Assembly: GCA_965287045.1 (NCBI GenBank) | Contig: OZ336890.1 | Span: forward strand, 22,630,001 to 22,694,000 | Source: Carcharhinus amblyrhynchos | Taxonomy: Eukaryota | Direction: 5' to 3' | DNA length: 64,000 bases | Shown here: positions 61,532-64,000 of the stretch, one piece after another | Numbering within the stretch: the first letter of the stretch is position 1 | How the letters are laid out: every line of letters starts with the position of its first letter | The notes under the pieces: model-generated | Seen by the model: the letters and a program-made list of their open reading frames with translations, nothing else | Told to the model about the DNA's origin: nothing | Database searches by the model: none | Position numbers and translations under genes: made by a program

Positions 61532-62036
61532 GGAAGGACGTGGAGCCTTTAGAGAGGGTACAGAAAAGATTTACCAGGGTGTTGCCTGGTATGGAGGGCA
61601 TTAGCTGTGAGGAGAGGTTGTAGAAACTTGGTTTGTTCTCGCTGGAATGACATGAGGGGTGACCTGATAGAAGTCTATAAAATTACGAGAGCATGGACAG
61701 AGTGGATAGTAAGAAGCTTTTTCCCAGGGTGGAAGAGTTAATTACTAGGGGGCATTGGTTTAAGATGCAAGGGGCAAGTTTAAATGAGATGTATGAGGCA
61801 GATTTTTACACAGAGGGTGGTGGATGCCTGGAACACGTTGCTCGGGGAGGTAGTGGAAGTGGATACAGGTAGTGACTTTTAAGGGGCGTCTTGACAAATA
61901 CATGAATAGGATGGAAATAGAAGGATGTGGTCCCCAGAAGGGTAGGGCATTTTAGTTCAGTTGGGTGGCATGGTTGGTGCAGGCTTGGAGGGCTGAATGG
62001 CCGTTCTTGTGCTGTAATTTTCTTTGTTTGTTGTTC
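61532..62036 (+). mobile_element. CR1 3' fragment, (TTCTTTG)n subfamily, nested in Penelope
   Basis: KDVE..LERVQKRFTRVLPGMEGISCEERL. The UTR matches the reverse complement of about 11707-11830. Confidence 0.9.
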
Positions 62037-62132
62037 AAAGAGGTCAGAGTGGAAATGGGAATAGAAAATTAAAATGATGAGTGACTGGAAATTCTGGGTC
62101 ATCCTCTGAGATGAACAGAGATGTTTTAACAT

Positions 62133-62950
62133 TTTGTAAATGCAATGTCATTCATTTTGGTAGGAACAACAGCAAAATGGACTATTATTTAAATAGAAAG
62201 AAATTGCAGCGTGCTGCTGTGCGAAGGGACCTGGGTGCCCTTGTGCAGGACTCTCAAGGAGTTGGTTTGTAAGTGAAGCAGGTAATTAAGAAGGCAAATG
62301 TAATTTTGTCCTTCATTGCTAGAGGAGTGGAGTTTAAAAACAGCGATGTTATGTTGCAGCTATACAAGGTGCTGGTGAGGCCACACCTGGAGTAATGTGT
62401 AGCTTTGTTCCCCTTAATTGGGTAAGGATATACTGACACTGGAGGGGGTGCAGAGGAGATTCACTAAGTTGATTCCAGAGTTGAGAGGGTTGGCTTATGA
62501 GGACAGACTGAATAGACTGGGCCTATACTCATTGGAATTCAGAAGAATGAGGGGAGATCTTATAGAAACATATAAGATTATGAAGGGAATAGGTAAGATA
62601 GAAGCAGGGAAGTTGCTTCCACTGACAGGTGGAACTAGAACTAAGGGGCATAGCCTCAAAATAAGAGATTTAGGACTGAGTTGAGGAGGAACTTCTTCAC
62701 CCAAAGGGTTGTGAATCTGTGGAATTCCTTGCCCATTGAAGCACTTGAGGTACCTCACTGAATGTTTTTTAAGACAAGGATGGATACATTTTTGAACAGT
62801 AAAGGAATGAAGGGTTATGGTGAGCGGGCAGGTAAGTGGAACTAAGTCCGTGAAAAGATCAGCCATGATCTTATTGAATGGTGGAGCAGGCTCCAGGGGC
62901 CAGATGGCCTACTCCTCCTCCTAGTTCTTATGTTCTTAACTATGTTCTTA
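62133..62950 (+). mobile_element. 5'-truncated CR1 LINE
   Basis: KCNVIHFGRNN..RDLGALV..KDILTLEGVQRRFTKLIPELRGL, with tail TTCTTATGTTCTTAACTATGTTCTTA. Confidence 0.93.
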
Positions 62951-62959
62951 ACTTAGACA

Positions 62960-63339
62960 TTTTACAGCCTTGAATTCAACAACAGATCATTACCATTGTT
63001 CTCTTTTTTTAGACAGCAAGTTACTGTTAATACATTTGTTGTTGTAATGTACAGCTCTTCTGTCCCTCTTGTCCCATTAGGATCTCCCTTTGGCCTTGCA
63101 ACACCATCTTTTTTATCATTTATTCTCTCCTGCCTTCTCCCCCATCACAGACTTTCCCTCTTATTCCTTTCCTCCTTCCTTCCTTCATCCCTATCACATA
63201 TTTTAACTTTTAGTTCTGATAAAAGTAATCAACCTGAAACATTAATTCTGCTTTCTCTCCACAGATACTACCTCTGCTGAGTTTTCCTCCTACTGTCTGT
63301 TTTTATTTCAGATTTCCAATACCCACAGTATTTTGTTTC
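62960..63339 (+). mobile_element. Old Penelope-like 3' UTR fragment with a decayed hammerhead-like motif
   Basis: TTTACAGCC..TGAATTCAACAA start, pyrimidine-rich UTR, AGTT-CTGATAA..CCT-GAAACATT-AATT, and a TTTTTATTTCAGATTTCCA..CAGTATTTTG end. Confidence 0.65.
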
Positions 63340-64000
63340 TGACTTACCTATAGTTCCTCTCTACACTGATTGGTTCTGATATTACCAATGCATAAATGTT
63401 GCCTCTACTGAGGACTAAAGTATTTTTATCTTTCACATTTGAACTATAATTTCAGACTAGATCTGCAGTAACTCCAAAGTCCTTAATTTTATTCCTTGCT
63501 GTATAATGTAGAAAAATGCCCCACAGCATTTCAAAGACCAAGTGGACATCAAACATTCTTGTACGTTGCCCAAAAGCTTGATTAGAGTGTCGTGTTTGCA
63601 GGAAGACTTCTTCTTGGTTGATAAATGTTAGATGATGTTGATATCCAGGACGGGGGCAAAGAAACTTCCGGTGCTGAGCATGAATGATATATATAAAAGA
63701 GAAGTCATAGTTGGGCTGATGGCTGATGACTCAAGTCTCTTTAATATGAGGCCTCAATAAATCGCAGTATTGGAAATTCTGTGAATGAGGACAGACCTGG
63801 CTGCATGCTTATATAAATGAAGCAAGAGCAGAACCAGAAGCTGCCAAGAATTCAGTTACAGTGTCAGTGTGATAAGATGCAGGCTGAATTAGCTTCTGGT
63901 GCAGCTGCTGCTCTTTTCTTACACAAATGGCCTTTAATAAGCACGCTCTGATCTCAGGATTTGAAGAAAATTAGATATTCAGTTCTGTAAATGAATTGTT

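Larger units (their letters stand above)
61088..62130 (-). mobile_element. Penelope-like element 3' portion, interrupted by a CR1
   Basis: Minus strand GLLHCSD..KLEEQHLTFCLGALQPSG (end of GIY-YIG region), then 3' UTR and a hammerhead motif. The host resumes at about 62037 (AGGTCAGAGTGG). Confidence 0.75.

Noticed and set aside
1-64000. The many 60-150 aa ORFs in the supplied track
   Set aside because: They are CR1/LINE fragments, antisense or shifted frames of them, SINE read-throughs (for example HCLCGVCTFS.CLCGFPP), or lengths expected by chance. None resembles a host protein I recognise.

Overview
This is repeat-dense vertebrate genomic DNA, almost certainly from a shark (elasmobranch), judged from HE1/V-SINE, SacSINE1-like and CR1/HER1-like elements. 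Family names come from my recall of consensus sequences, not from a database search. I recognise no host protein-coding exon, rRNA, true tRNA or CRISPR array, so the window looks intronic or intergenic. All protein-like ORFs belong to non-LTR retrotransposons: at least 13 CR1 copies (one near full-length with ORF1 esterase, APE and RT; one young copy with an open RT frame), a Rex1/Babar-like 3' end, another CR1/L2-group 3' end, and Penelope 3' fragments. There are also 14 HE1-like SINE copies or fragments, other tRNA-derived SINEs, GGG-terminated MITEs, a Tigger-like MITE and a G-rich minisatellite. The most notable observations are: (1) five Penelope-associated minimal hammerhead-ribozyme-like motifs, best preserved at 61151-61187 on the minus strand; (2) one SINE head and body carrying two alternative 3' tails, one CR1-derived and one whose terminal stem-loop resembles the Rex1/Babar LINE end present in this window; (3) a three-layer SINE > CR1 > CR1 nested insertion with both target-site duplications (TSDs) intact. 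Repeat boundaries are approximate unless a TSD is given.
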